Notes: a model not told the origin generated them from the letters alone. 64,000 nucleotides of DNA from an uncultured Chloroflexia bacterium (GCA_963746845.1 CAVVCZ010000006.1:256001-320000); one strand, 5' to 3'. Numbered from the stretch's first letter, positions 1 through 9,836 are shown. Numbers and translations are program-made.

Positions 1-663
1 GCGAATGTCGACCGGCCGGCCGTCATCCTCGAGCCACGCGGCAACCTCGGTGAAGTCCTCGCCCGCGAGGTCCGCGACCGTATTCAGCATGTGCGCGCCC
101 GTGTCGAACAGGAAGCCACCGCCGGACAGGTCCGGCTGCTGACGCCACGTCCCTTCGGTCAGCGTCGCCCAGTTCTGCCAGACGACGGCGCTGACGTTGA
201 GGATCGGCCCCAACTCGCCCGAGCGGAGCAGCCGCGACGCCTCGCGGACCTGAGCCGAGAGGCTGCCCTGGAACGCGACGACGACCAGCTTCCCCGTCCG
301 ATCGCGCGTCTCGATCAGCGCCGTCGCCTCGTCCGCGGTCATCACCATCGGCTTCTCGAGCAGGATGTCGAGGCCGGCCTCGAGGCAGGCGGTTGCCTGC
401 TCGAAATGGAACGCGTGGGGCGTGATGATCACGACCGCGTCGAGCTCGCCGCCGAACGTCTCGACGAACCGCTGCCAGTCCGGCTCGTTCGGCGGCGCGG
501 GGCGGCCGTGCTGGTCGAACATCTCGGCGACACGGGCGTAGGCGGACTCCGACGGCTCACAGACCGCGACCACGGCCGTGTCGTCGCGGGGCAGGATGTC
601 CTCAAGGTGGGCGCGGGCCATCCCCCCTGCCCCGATGAAGCCGACTCGTGTCGGTCCCGGCAT
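1..663 (-). CDS. Gfo/Idh/MocA family NAD(P)-dependent oxidoreductase (3' end runs off window)
   Basis: Translated by hand: [20 protein letters not shown] (Rossmann motif) and [13 protein letters not shown] (EKP motif); GGAGGG RBS upstream; absent from the ORF track because it is truncated. Confidence 0.85.
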   Translation of the reverse strand, partial: MPGPTRVGFIGAGGMARAHLEDILPRDDTAVVAVCEPSESAYARVAEMFDQHGRPAPPNEPDWQRFVETFGGELDAVVIITPHAFHFEQATACLEAGLDILLEKPMVMTADEATALIETRDRTGKLVVVAFQGSLSAQVREASRLLRSGELGPILNVSAVVWQNWATLTEGTWRQQPDLSGGGFLFDTGAHMLNTVADLAGEDFTEVAAWLEDDGRPVDIR

Positions 664-689
664 GGCCATCCCTCCGTCGTTGTCACGCA

Positions 690-1631
690 TCACGTCCCCG
701 CCAGCCGCTCCACCACCGGGCCCAGCTCGTCGAGGCCGCCGACGAGGAACGAGTTGATCCCGAGTCGCTCGCGCAGCTCCGAGAATTTCTCGACGAACCG
801 GTCATGGGAGCCGATGAAGATGTGGGGCGAGTCGATGACCTCCTGCTCGGTCATCTCCTGGCCGGACCGCTCCTTCATCCGGTCGATCACCTTGCGCGCC
901 TCGCCGCGGAGGTCGTCGGTGAGCGTGATCGGCCATTGCGACGGGTAGACGTTGAACTCGAGCCCACCGAACCGGTCGCCGGCGGCCGCCCGGACCCAGT
1001 CGAGCTTCTCCTCGGTCGCCGACCACGTGATCGACGATGGGTCGGGTCGCTGGCCCGAGAGGATCCGCGGCGCCAGACCGACGATGTCGGCCTCGCGGGC
1101 CGCGAGCTCCAGCGTCTTCCGTCCGCCGCCGCCGATGAACAATGGCGGGTGCGGCTTCTGAACCGGTTTCGGGTAGGCGTCGTAGTCGATGATCGTGTAG
1201 TGCTCGCCGGCGAACGAGAACGGACCCTCGCCGAAGCAGCCCTTGAGGACCGTGATCGCCTCCGCGAGCCGGGCCTGCCGGACCGGCGCTGGGTCGAACG
1301 ACAGGCCGATCGCCCGGTATTCCGGCTCGTTCCAGCCCGCCCCGATCGCGACGTCGAGGCGGCCACCGGACAGGACGTCGAGCGACGCCAGGTCCTGGGC
1401 GAGGACCGCCGGATGGCGAAGGTCGTTGTTGTGGACGAAGGCGCTGATCCGGAGGCGCTCGGCCAGCGCCGCGACGGTCGCCAGGTAGGGAATCGGCGCC
1501 AGCTGCGGGACGAGGTGGTCGGGCAGGACGAACGACGTGACGCCGAGGTCTTCGGCCGCCCGGGCACGCTCGCCCAGCTCGCGGGCGCTGGTGGCGTCGA
1601 AGGCGTCGGCGAGGAACCGGAAGGGCTTCAT
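690..1631 (-). CDS. LLM-class (probably F420-dependent) oxidoreductase
   Basis: Luciferase-like motifs [33 protein letters not shown] and [17 protein letters not shown]. Confidence 0.9.
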   Translation of the reverse strand: MKPFRFLADAFDATSARELGERARAAEDLGVTSFVLPDHLVPQLAPIPYLATVAALAERLRISAFVHNNDLRHPAVLAQDLASLDVLSGGRLDVAIGAGWNEPEYRAIGLSFDPAPVRQARLAEAITVLKGCFGEGPFSFAGEHYTIIDYDAYPKPVQKPHPPLFIGGGGRKTLELAAREADIVGLAPRILSGQRPDPSSITWSATEEKLDWVRAAAGDRFGGLEFNVYPSQWPITLTDDLRGEARKVIDRMKERSGQEMTEQEVIDSPHIFIGSHDRFVEKFSELRERLGINSFLVGGLDELGPVVERLAGT

Positions 1632-1673
1632 GCAGAGAGCGTAGTCGTCGGCACCGCGCGGGCGCGACCTCGT

Positions 1674-2933
1674 TCAGGTCGTCGAGTCGTCTCCCGGGTC
1701 CACGTCCGCGTCGCAGTGAAGCGGCAGCCCGAAGCCGACCGCCGCGCCGCCGCCCTCGCGGCGCCGGGCCCAGATCCGGCCGCCCTGCGCCTCGACGATC
1801 CGCTTGCAGACCGCCAGCCCGACGCCCATCCCGCTCGCCGTTCGGCGGGCGGCATCGGACCGGAAGAACGCGGTGAAGATCTCGTCCGTGTCGTCGCCCG
1901 GCAGCCCGATCCCGCGATCGAGGACCTCGACCCGCGCCTCGCGGTCGACGGCGGCGACCGTGACCTCGATCGGGTCGGCGATCGGTGAGTACTTGTCGGC
2001 GTTGCTCAGCAGGTTCCGGAGCACGAGCTCGACCGCCGTCGCATCGGCCTCGACGACCGACGACGGCGGCGTGCGGACGAGATTGATCGTTCGCGCGGGG
2101 CGGCGGCGCCCGAACCCGGCGATGGACGCGGCAACAAGGTGGTCGAGGACCTGCGGCTCGACCTCGAGGGTCTCGCCCGAGCCGAGACGCGTCAGCTGGA
2201 GCAGGTTCTCGACGATCCGCAGGAGCCGCTCGGACTCCTCGCCGATGTCGCCGATCATCTCGCGCTCGCTGTCGCCGATCCCGGGGCGGTCGCGCAGGAC
2301 GACCGCGTTGCCGAAGATCGTCGTGACCGGCGTCCGGAGCTCATGCGAGATCAGCCCGAGGAACTCGTCCTTGACGGTGTTCGACGCCTCGAGCGCGGCG
2401 GCCGTCGCCCGAAGGGCCTCCTCGGCGGCGAGACGCTCGGTCACGTCGACGAGGACGTTCACCGCGCCGATCAGCACGCCATCGGCCGCACGGAGCGGCG
2501 TCGGGTACGGCTCGAAGGCGACCTTCCGGCCGTCCGGCCGCTCGGCGATGGCGACGCTGCCGCGGACCGACCGGCCCTCGCGCAGCGCGATCGCCATCGG
2601 GCACTCGTCGTGGGCCATGGGGCGGCCGTCGAGATGGAACAGGCGGAGGGAGCCGCACCAGTGCTCGCCGAGCTCGGGACGGCGGCCCCACATCTCCACG
2701 GCGGCCTGGTTGAAGTACGTGATCCGGCCGGCGGCGTCGGTCGTGTAGACGGCGACCGCGAGCGCCTCGAGGAACATCCGGTACGAGTCCGTCTGCCCCT
2801 GCGGTGCGGTGAGCGCGGCGAAGAGCCGGGCCAGGTCGCTTCCGGCCGGATCGGGCAGAAGGACCGGGTCGATCGGGCGCGACGCGGGCGGGCGGGTGGC
2901 GGTCATCGTCGGCGTGGAACCTCTGGCGGGCAT
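1674..2933 (-). CDS. Cytoplasmic PAS-domain sensor histidine kinase (no adjacent regulator)
   Basis: PAS (YTTDAAGRITYFNQAA...NVLVDVTER), H-box SHELRTP, N-box NLLSNADKYS, G boxes DRGIG and GMGVGL; alternative start 2906. Confidence 0.9.
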   Translation of the reverse strand: MPARGSTPTMTATRPPASRPIDPVLLPDPAGSDLARLFAALTAPQGQTDSYRMFLEALAVAVYTTDAAGRITYFNQAAVEMWGRRPELGEHWCGSLRLFHLDGRPMAHDECPMAIALREGRSVRGSVAIAERPDGRKVAFEPYPTPLRAADGVLIGAVNVLVDVTERLAAEEALRATAAALEASNTVKDEFLGLISHELRTPVTTIFGNAVVLRDRPGIGDSEREMIGDIGEESERLLRIVENLLQLTRLGSGETLEVEPQVLDHLVAASIAGFGRRRPARTINLVRTPPSSVVEADATAVELVLRNLLSNADKYSPIADPIEVTVAAVDREARVEVLDRGIGLPGDDTDEIFTAFFRSDAARRTASGMGVGLAVCKRIVEAQGGRIWARRREGGGAAVGFGLPLHCDADVDPGDDSTT

Positions 2934-2961
2934 TCAACCATGCCCGGCAACCCCGGCTCGA

Positions 2962-3219
2962 TCACGACGCCGGCTCGATCGCGGCGATCAGGGCATCGAG
3001 CAGCTCGATCCGACGGCGCAGGCGGGCGGCCTCGGCATCGATCGACTCGCGGGCGGAGTCGCTGCCGTAGCCGAGCGAGTGGCGACCGGACCGGCGCTGG
3101 AGCTCGCTCAGCTCCGTCGCCCGAGCCGTGAGGAGCGCGCCACGGAGGATCCGGGGGTCGTCGTCGCCCCGGATCGGGATCTCGAGCCGGAGTCGCTCGC
3201 CGTCGTCGGTGGGGCTCAC
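2962..3219 (-). CDS. Small hypothetical protein (85 aa), translationally coupled to mfd
   Basis: GTG start overlaps the mfd stop (GTGA); helical, coiled-coil-like C-terminus. Confidence 0.6.
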   Translation of the reverse strand: MSPTDDGERLRLEIPIRGDDDPRILRGALLTARATELSELQRRSGRHSLGYGSDSARESIDAEAARLRRRIELLDALIAAIEPAS

Positions 3220-6200
3220 GACGCGTCCGCAGTCGGCTCGGCGGAGAGCCGGGCCACGACCGCCTGGGTCAGGCCCCACGCCCGCGACGGGTCGCGCGGC
3301 AGGCGGATCCGGACCTGGTTGCTGGCGAACGTCACCTCGCTCGGCCGGACGCCGGGCAGCCCGCCGCCGGCCAGCAGCCGCATCGCGGTCGCGCGGCTCA
3401 GCCCCTCGCCGAACCGGACGACGAGCAGGCCCTCCTCGCGGGACATCGACGCGACGCCCGCGGCTTCGGCCGTCAGGCGGAGCTCGGCGACCTCGACGAG
3501 GCGGACGACCGGACCCGGCATCGGCCCGAACCGGTCCGTCAGCTCCTGCCGGAACGCGGCGAGGTCGCCCGCATCCCGGGCACGGGCGAGGCGCCGGTAC
3601 AGCTCGAGCTTCTGGGCTTCCTCCGGGACATAGTCGTCCGGGAGATGCGCCTCCACCGGCAGGTCGACGACGGCCTGTGGCCGCTCGACCCGCGGCGCGC
3701 GATCCTCCCGCCGCGCCTTCCGCTCCTCGACCGCCTCGGCGAGGAGCCGCGAGTAGAGGTCGAACCCGACCGCCGCCATGTGCCCGGACTGCTCCCCGCC
3801 GAGGATGTTGCCCGCCCCGCGGATCTCGAGGTCCGCGAGCGCGATCTGGAACCCGGCGCCCAGCTCCGAGGCGTTGAAGATCGCCTGGAGCCGTTTCCGC
3901 GCCTCCTCGCTCATCCGCTCGCGGCGCCGGTAGAGGAGGTAGGCATAGGCGCGGCGGCTGCTCCGCCCGACCCGGCCGCGGAGCTGGTAGAGCTGGGCGA
4001 GCCCCAGGGTGTCCGCGCGGTCGATGACGATCGTGTTCGCGTTCGGGATGTCGAGGCCGGACTCGATGATCGTCGTGCAGACGAGGACGTCGGCCTCGCC
4101 CCCGGCGAACGTGATCATGACCCGCTCGAGGGAGCCCTCCGGCATCTGGCCGTGGCCGACGACGAACCGGACGCCCGGCAGCATCCGCCGGAGCTGCTCG
4201 GTCTGGGCCTCGATCGTCTCGACCCGGTTGTGGACGAAGAAGACCTGCCCGCCGCGATCGAGCTCGCGCAGGATCGCGTCGCGGACGAGCCCGGCCGACG
4301 CTTCGGCGACTCGCGTCTGGATCGGCAGCCGGTCCTCGGGCGGCGTCTCGATCACGCTCATGTCGCGCACGCCGGCGAGGGCGAGGTTCAGCGTCCGCGG
4401 GATCGGCGTGGCGCTGAGCGTCAGGACGTCGACCTCGCGGCGGAGCTGCTTGAGCCGCTCCTTGGCCGCGACGCCGAACCGCTGCTCCTCGTCGACGACC
4501 ACGAGGCCCAGGTCGCGGAAGCTGACGTCCTTGCTCAGGAGCCGGTGGGTGCCGATCACGAGGTCCACCGAGCCGTCCTCGAGTCCGGCGAGGGTCGTCT
4601 TCTGCTCCGTCTGCGGGACGAATCGGCTGAGCAGACGCACCTTCAGCGGGAACGCGGCGAAGCGCTGACCGAAGGTGGCGTGGTGCTGCGCGGCGAGGAC
4701 CGTCGTCGGGACGAGGACCGCGACCTGCTTGCCGTCCTGGATCGCCTTGAACGCGGCCCGCAGCGCGACCTCGGTCTTGCCGTAGCCGACGTCGCCGACG
4801 ACGAGCCGGTCCATCGGCCGGCCGGCCTCCATGTCGAGCTTGACCTCGGCCGCTGCCCGCAGCTGGTCCGGCGTCTCCTCGTACGGGAAGCTCGCCTCCA
4901 TCTCGGCCTGCCACGGTGTGTCGTCGCCGTAGGCGTGTCCCTGGGTGTTGGCCCGGGCCGCGTAGAGCTCCAGCAGCTCCTCCGCCAGGTCGGCGACGGC
5001 CTTGCGGACCCGCTGCTTCGTCTTCAGCCACTCGGTCCCGCCGAGCTTGCTGAGCGACGGGTGCTCGGCGCCGGAGTAGCGGGTGACACGGGTGATCTGC
5101 TCGACCGGGACGAAGATCTTGTCGCCGGCCGCGAAGCTCAGCTCGAGGTAGTCGCGGTCCTCGCCGTCGGCGTGGTTGCCACGCCGGAGCATCCGCTCGT
5201 AGCGGGCGACACCGTGATCGATGTGGACGACGAGGTCGCCTGGCGTCAGGCGCTCGAGGATGTCGCGCGGGACGACGCGCCGCATCGCCTTCGGGCGGCG
5301 GACCCGGACGGTGCCGAAGAGCTCGCGATCCGTGACGAAGGCCAGGCCGTCCGGGCCGCCCTCGAAGCCGCCGTTCAGGCTCCGCTCGACGATCGCGATC
5401 GCGCCCGGCGGCGGGGCATCCGGTGCGTGGACGACCGCGATCGGATGGCCGGCTTCGTCGAGCAGCTCGGCGAGACGCGGGGCCTGGTCGCTGGCGAGGA
5501 CGATCCTCGCGCCGTCCGCCTGCCACCGGTCGACGGCGTCGGCGATCGCCGCCGCGCGGGACGGGGGCAGCTGCGGCTCGCGCCACCCGAACAGGTCACC
5601 GGAGCTGAGGCCGCGGGCGGCAAGGGCCTCCTGGTCGGGCAGCTCCGACTCCCAGGTGAGCTCGAGCGTCCGCCCGACGACGAGCCGGCTCTTCCAGTCG
5701 CGCGGCCCGAGGTAGGTCGACGGCCAGTCCTTCGGCAGGTCGCCGGCGTCGATCAGCTCGGAGCGGCGCTCGTCCGCCTGGCGCCACAGGAACGCGGCGG
5801 CCTCGGCGATCTCACCGGGCTCGTCGAGGACGAGGAGGGTCGAGGCGTCGAGGTGGTCGAAGCCGGTCGACGGCGCGAGGTGGGCGGCCCACACCTCGGC
5901 GGCGTCGCCGACGGTCACGGCGCGGGTCGCGGCGACCTCCCCCGGGGCGCCGGCGGGCGCCTCGGAGCTGCCCTCGAACCGGGCGAGGTCCGCGGCCAGT
6001 CGCTCAGGGAGCCTGGCAGCGGCCCGACCGAGACCCGCCCGGAGCGCGGCCACTCCCCCATGAGGCGCGAGGAACTCCGACGCGGGGAGCAGGACGACGT
6101 CTTCGAGCGGACCGACGGTGCGCTGGTCCGTGGGATCGAACGCCCGCAGGGAGTCGATCTCGTCGCCGAAGAACTCGATCCGGACGGGCAGCGGGGCCGA

Positions 6201-6887
6201 CGGCGGGAAGACGTCGACGAGCCCGCCGCGACGGGCGAACTCGCCGCGACCGGCGACCTCGGTCGTCGGCGTGTAGCCGAACCCGAGCAGCTCAAGGAGC
6301 AGCGCGTCGGGCCGGAGCCGCGCCCCGATCCGGAGCCGCCGCGGCTCGGCGGGCAGATCGTCGGGCGCGATCGTGTGCTGGACCAGGGCCTGGACGCTCG
6401 CGACGAGGACGCGCGCGGCCCCGCTCCGCCACGCGGACAGCGCCGCTACGCGCGCGGCAGTCTCGTCCGCGACCAACTCGCTGCGTTCGTACGCGAGCGC
6501 GGTCCGCGGCTCCAGCACGGCGACGGCGGCCGGGTCGCCGAGCCACGCCGTTAGCTCCTCCGCGACGCGGTCGCCGATCTCGGCGTCACGGGCGATCCAC
6601 GCGAGCCGCTCCCCTCCGTCGACCGCGGCCAGGGTCGCGGCCAGGTACGACTTCGCCCCGTGGGGCACGGTCGCGAGCCCGACGTGGCGTCCGGTCGGCC
6701 GGACGGCCGTGGAGGCGGTCAGCCGATCCCGGAGGCCCTCGAAGGTGCCGGTCGAGGCGAGGAGCGGGAGGAGGGCCGAGAGGTCCGGCTGGCGCCGGGC
6801 GCCGCTCCCCGTCGATCGTGCCGTTCCCTCCCCGAGCCGCCGCTCGCGACCCCGCTTGCCGCGGAGCGTCGGCGTGCCGGCGGTCAC
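3216..6887 (-). CDS. mfd: Transcription-repair coupling factor
   Basis: UvrB-homology region, CarD-like RID (GDLVVHIDHGVARY), GDVGYGKTEVA, DEEQRFGV, QLRGRVGRS and TRCF C-terminal domain; GTG start overlaps the pth stop. Confidence 0.97.
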   Translation of the reverse strand: MTAGTPTLRGKRGRERRLGEGTARSTGSGARRQPDLSALLPLLASTGTFEGLRDRLTASTAVRPTGRHVGLATVPHGAKSYLAATLAAVDGGERLAWIARDAEIGDRVAEELTAWLGDPAAVAVLEPRTALAYERSELVADETAARVAALSAWRSGAARVLVASVQALVQHTIAPDDLPAEPRRLRIGARLRPDALLLELLGFGYTPTTEVAGRGEFARRGGLVDVFPPSAPLPVRIEFFGDEIDSLRAFDPTDQRTVGPLEDVVLLPASEFLAPHGGVAALRAGLGRAAARLPERLAADLARFEGSSEAPAGAPGEVAATRAVTVGDAAEVWAAHLAPSTGFDHLDASTLLVLDEPGEIAEAAAFLWRQADERRSELIDAGDLPKDWPSTYLGPRDWKSRLVVGRTLELTWESELPDQEALAARGLSSGDLFGWREPQLPPSRAAAIADAVDRWQADGARIVLASDQAPRLAELLDEAGHPIAVVHAPDAPPPGAIAIVERSLNGGFEGGPDGLAFVTDRELFGTVRVRRPKAMRRVVPRDILERLTPGDLVVHIDHGVARYERMLRRGNHADGEDRDYLELSFAAGDKIFVPVEQITRVTRYSGAEHPSLSKLGGTEWLKTKQRVRKAVADLAEELLELYAARANTQGHAYGDDTPWQAEMEASFPYEETPDQLRAAAEVKLDMEAGRPMDRLVVGDVGYGKTEVALRAAFKAIQDGKQVAVLVPTTVLAAQHHATFGQRFAAFPLKVRLLSRFVPQTEQKTTLAGLEDGSVDLVIGTHRLLSKDVSFRDLGLVVVDEEQRFGVAAKERLKQLRREVDVLTLSATPIPRTLNLALAGVRDMSVIETPPEDRLPIQTRVAEASAGLVRDAILRELDRGGQVFFVHNRVETIEAQTEQLRRMLPGVRFVVGHGQMPEGSLERVMITFAGGEADVLVCTTIIESGLDIPNANTIVIDRADTLGLAQLYQLRGRVGRSSRRAYAYLLYRRRERMSEEARKRLQAIFNASELGAGFQIALADLEIRGAGNILGGEQSGHMAAVGFDLYSRLLAEAVEERKARREDRAPRVERPQAVVDLPVEAHLPDDYVPEEAQKLELYRRLARARDAGDLAAFRQELTDRFGPMPGPVVRLVEVAELRLTAEAAGVASMSREEGLLVVRFGEGLSRATAMRLLAGGGLPGVRPSEVTFASNQVRIRLPRDPSRAWGLTQAVVARLSAEPTADAS

Positions 6888-7570
6888 GGTTCGTCCTCGC
6901 GCCGGAGGATCTTCCGCCAGCCGGTCCGCGTCCGGCGAACGCCGGACGCGTCGGGCGGTCCGTCGACCTCGCCGGGTGGCGCCACCCGCGTCTCGTCGGC
7001 GGGCCGGAGCTCGAACGGGTTGAACCGGTTGGCCGCTTTCGACGTGCCGTGTCGCGCCCACTCCTCGACCGCGTCCGCGGCTGCGTCGAGAAGGGCCGGC
7101 AGCCGCTCGCGCTCGTCGGGCTGGAACGGGGCGAGCACGTGATCGGAGAAGCCTCGATCGGGCGACCCGATCCCGACCCGGAGCCGGGCGAACTGCTCGT
7201 TCCCGAGCTCGTCGATGACCGACCGAAGGCCGTTGTGGCCGCCCGGCCCGCCGCCCTCGCGGAACCGGAGCTTGCCGAACGGCAGGGCGAAGTCGTCGAC
7301 GACGACGAGCAGCTCCCCGAGCGGCGCGTGCTCGCGGGCGAGGATCTTCCGGACCGCCAGCCCGGAGTCGTTCATGTACGTCAGCGGCTTCGCCAGCGTG
7401 ACGTCGAGGCCGCGGTATCGGCCGGACGCGATCGACGACGCGTCCCGCGTCCGACCCTTGCCGTCCCAGCCGGCTCGATCCGCGATCCGGTCGAGGACCA
7501 TCCAGCCGATGTTGTGCCGCGTCTTCGCATACTGGTCGCCCGGGTTTCCCAGGCCGACGACGATCTTCAC
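6884..7570 (-). CDS. pth: Peptidyl-tRNA hydrolase
   Basis: IVVGLGNPG..Y..TRHNIG, KPLTYMNDSG, GGHNGLRS; short C-terminal extension. Confidence 0.97.
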   Translation of the reverse strand: MKIVVGLGNPGDQYAKTRHNIGWMVLDRIADRAGWDGKGRTRDASSIASGRYRGLDVTLAKPLTYMNDSGLAVRKILAREHAPLGELLVVVDDFALPFGKLRFREGGGPGGHNGLRSVIDELGNEQFARLRVGIGSPDRGFSDHVLAPFQPDERERLPALLDAAADAVEEWARHGTSKAANRFNPFELRPADETRVAPPGEVDGPPDASGVRRTRTGWRKILRREDEP

Positions 7571-7731
7571 CCACGCTCCCGAACAGCACGCCGAACGGGC
7601 CCGATCCCGTCCCGGGAGGGCCGGCGGAGATCGTATCAGCCCGCGGTCGGCGGCTCGTGATCGTGAACCCGGCCCCGTCGGCGGGCCTACTCCGAGGGTG
7701 ACCGAGCCGCACCCGGAGGTCAGCCTGCCCG

Positions 7732-8946
7732 ATGTCCCCGACGGAGCCGGAGCCCGCCGCGATCAGCGCGATCGTCACCCCGCGGTTCGACCTGCGCAGC
7801 TCGGCCGGTGCGCGATGGAGCAGGCGGGCGACCGGCGGCGGGCTCGCGGTCGGCCCGGATCTCGAGCGGCTGCTGCGCGAGGAGTTCCGCCACGTCGCCT
7901 CGAGCGGCGACGATGTGATCGCGGATCCGGCCGGCAACGCGCGGCTGCGGAGCGCAATCGCCGCGTGGCTACGTGCGACGCGCGGCGCTCGCTGCGAGAC
8001 GGCCCAGGTCGTGATCCTCTCGGGTGCCGTGCTCGGGGCCACCGCCATCGGACGGCTGTGGCTCGGACCCGGGCGCCGCGCCGCGGTCGAGGATCCGGGC
8101 GACCCCACGGTCCGCCGGGCCCTGCTCGCGAACGGCGGGAAAGCCGTGAGCGTGCCGGTCGATGGCGGGGGCTGGCATGCGGACCAGCTCCCGTCCGGCG
8201 TCGACGTCGCCGTCACCGCCCCGACCGTCCACGTCCCGACCGGGGCCACGCAGCCGCTCGCGCGCCGGCTGCGAACCCTGGCCTGGGCCTCGACGAACGA
8301 CGTGCTCATCGTCGAGGACGCCCGCTTCGACGACCACCTCCTTCGCTCCGCGCCGCTGCCGTGCCTCCAGGGCCTCGACCACGACGGCCGCGTGATCCAC
8401 CTCGGCTCGTTCGAGACCCTCCTCCACGCCGGGGTCCGGACCGCGTTCGCGATCGTGCCGTCGGACCTCGTCGAGTCGTTCGTCGCGGAGCTCGCGACCA
8501 TCGGCGCGGGTGCGTCGCCCGTCCAGCAGCGAGCGCTCGCCCGGTTCATCGCCGACGGCCTCATGGATCGCCATCTCGGCCACATCCGCCGCAGCCTGCT
8601 AGACCGGCAGGAGGTCCTCCTCGCGGCCCTCCAGCGCGACCTCGGCTGGCTGGTGTCCGTGCGGCCCGCCGCAGGCGGCACGCGCCTCGTCGCGACGATC
8701 GAGGACCCGTCCTGGACGGCCCACGAGGTCGCGGCGGTCGCCGCCCGTGCGGGCGTCGCGCTCGAGACGGTCGCCCCGGCCCGTCTCGCCCCCGCGCCCG
8801 ACCGCGAGCTCGTCATCGACTTCGGCCGGCACGGCCCGCTGGAGCTCCAGGCCGCGGTCCGCCTGCTGGCGAAGGCCCTGCACGCCGATCTCCATTCGGC
8901 CTCGCGCCCCCCGACCCTCCTGACCACGCTCCGCGCCGGGGCTTGA
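7732..8946 (+). CDS. MocR/GabR-type aminotransferase-fold domain protein without an N-terminal HTH (degenerate PLP site)
   Basis: DPAGNARLRSAIAAWL...RG, VEDPG, HVPTG, LIVED, PLPCLQGLD...VIHLGSF; SFET replaces the usual SFSK. Confidence 0.8.
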   Translation: MSPTEPEPAAISAIVTPRFDLRSSAGARWSRRATGGGLAVGPDLERLLREEFRHVASSGDDVIADPAGNARLRSAIAAWLRATRGARCETAQVVILSGAVLGATAIGRLWLGPGRRAAVEDPGDPTVRRALLANGGKAVSVPVDGGGWHADQLPSGVDVAVTAPTVHVPTGATQPLARRLRTLAWASTNDVLIVEDARFDDHLLRSAPLPCLQGLDHDGRVIHLGSFETLLHAGVRTAFAIVPSDLVESFVAELATIGAGASPVQQRALARFIADGLMDRHLGHIRRSLLDRQEVLLAALQRDLGWLVSVRPAAGGTRLVATIEDPSWTAHEVAAVAARAGVALETVAPARLAPAPDRELVIDFGRHGPLELQAAVRLLAKALHADLHSASRPPTLLTTLRAGA

Positions 8947-8995
8947 GCCCGGCGTCCCGCCCCGGCGTCCCGCCTATTTCCCGTCCCGCGCCATC

Positions 8996-9073
8996 GACTC
9001 CGCGCCAGGACTCCGCGCCAGGACTCCGCGCCAGGACTCCGCGCCAGGACTCCGCGCCAGGACTCCGCGCCAG
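8996..9073. repeat. Perfect tandem repeat, 6 x 13 bp GACTCCGCGCCAG
   Basis: Units start at 8996, 9009, 9022, 9035, 9048 and 9061 with no spacers. Confidence 0.97.
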
Positions 9074-9077
9074 GATG

Positions 9078-9153
9078 GTCCGATATCGCACGCCGCCGGA
9101 AGGCACATCCCTTTCCCGCCCAGCCCTCCGATTTCGGCCTCCGCTCTCGGACC
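9078..9153 (+). repeat. Left 76-bp imperfect inverted repeat
   Basis: 59/76 identical without gaps (hand count) to the reverse complement of 9758-9833; includes an 18-bp exact match ATCGCACGCCGCCGGAAG. Confidence 0.92.
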
Positions 9154-9241
9154 GCTTCGGCCGAGATGGGATTCCGAATTCGGCGGGCGGGTGAGTCGCA
9201 GCGAATGGGCCGGTGATCGGGTCCGGCTACCGTGGCCGGCG

Positions 9242-9736
9242 ATGGACGAAGAGCTCGAGACCGATTTCGACGACTGGCCGCCCGGGCCGATCCCCGTCAC
9301 GGATCCACCGATCATCCAGCCGGTGATCGGCGCCTACCACGCCCTCATCCAGCGAATCGCGATCGCGACGCGCGAGCATGGCACGCCGCCGGTCGAGGGC
9401 ATCGTCCTGGTCGACCTTCGGCGAGACCACGGCGCGACGGCGATCGAAGTCCGGCGGCGTCTCGGGTATCACCGGTCGACGATGTCCAGCCTGCTCGACC
9501 GGCTCGAGGCGGACGGGCTGATCGTTCGCGAGTCGAACTCCTACGACGGACGGCGGTACGACCTCAAGCTCACTCGTCGCGGCACGCTTCAGGCCGACCT
9601 CCTCCGGGACGGTTTCGGCGAGGTGGAGGCCGAGCTCCGGAGCTACACGACCCGCATCCAGCGGCACGGCGCTCAGGCGGTGTTCGAGGCCTGTATGGCG
9701 ATCAACCAGGGCCGGCACCCGCACTGGCGAGGGTGA
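9242..9736 (+). CDS. MarR-family winged-helix DNA-binding protein
   Basis: ATAIEVRRRLGYHRSTMSSLLDRLEADGLIVRESNSYDGRRYDLKLTRRG; TACCGT -10 8 nt before the ATG (alternative GTG at 9191). Confidence 0.85.
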   Translation: MDEELETDFDDWPPGPIPVTDPPIIQPVIGAYHALIQRIAIATREHGTPPVEGIVLVDLRRDHGATAIEVRRRLGYHRSTMSSLLDRLEADGLIVRESNSYDGRRYDLKLTRRGTLQADLLRDGFGEVEAELRSYTTRIQRHGAQAVFEACMAINQGRHPHWRG

Positions 9737-9757
9737 GCAGTCCGCTGACCCCAGCTT

Positions 9758-9833
9758 GGTCCGATCTCGGAGTCCGAGATCGGAGCTCGCCCGCGGAGAG
9801 GGATGGGACTTCCGGCGGCGTGCGATTTCGGAC
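9758..9833 (-). repeat. Right 76-bp imperfect inverted repeat
   Basis: Partner of 9078-9153; contains the tandem palindromes TCCGATCTCGGA and TCCGAGATCGGA. Confidence 0.92.
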
Positions 9834-9836
9834 GAA

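Larger units (their letters stand above)
9078..9833. mobile_element. Putative non-autonomous IR-bounded cassette carrying a MarR-like gene
   Basis: 76-bp IRs bracket exactly one gene; no transposase or target-site duplication seen; mobility is inferred. Confidence 0.4.

Noticed and set aside
3645-6554. Long antisense ORFs (also 10178-12490, 29471-31144, 51120-53453 and many others)
   Set aside because: Shadow frames of real genes, expected in very GC-rich DNA; Arg/Pro-rich with no motifs
3216-8927. 1903-aa ORF suggesting a giant Mfd fusion
   Set aside because: The N-terminal 680 aa are a stop-free shadow over pth and the opposite-strand gene; Mfd starts at GTG 6887, coupled to pth
8996-9073. 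CRISPR array
   Set aside because: 13-bp units with no spacers, and no cas genes in the window
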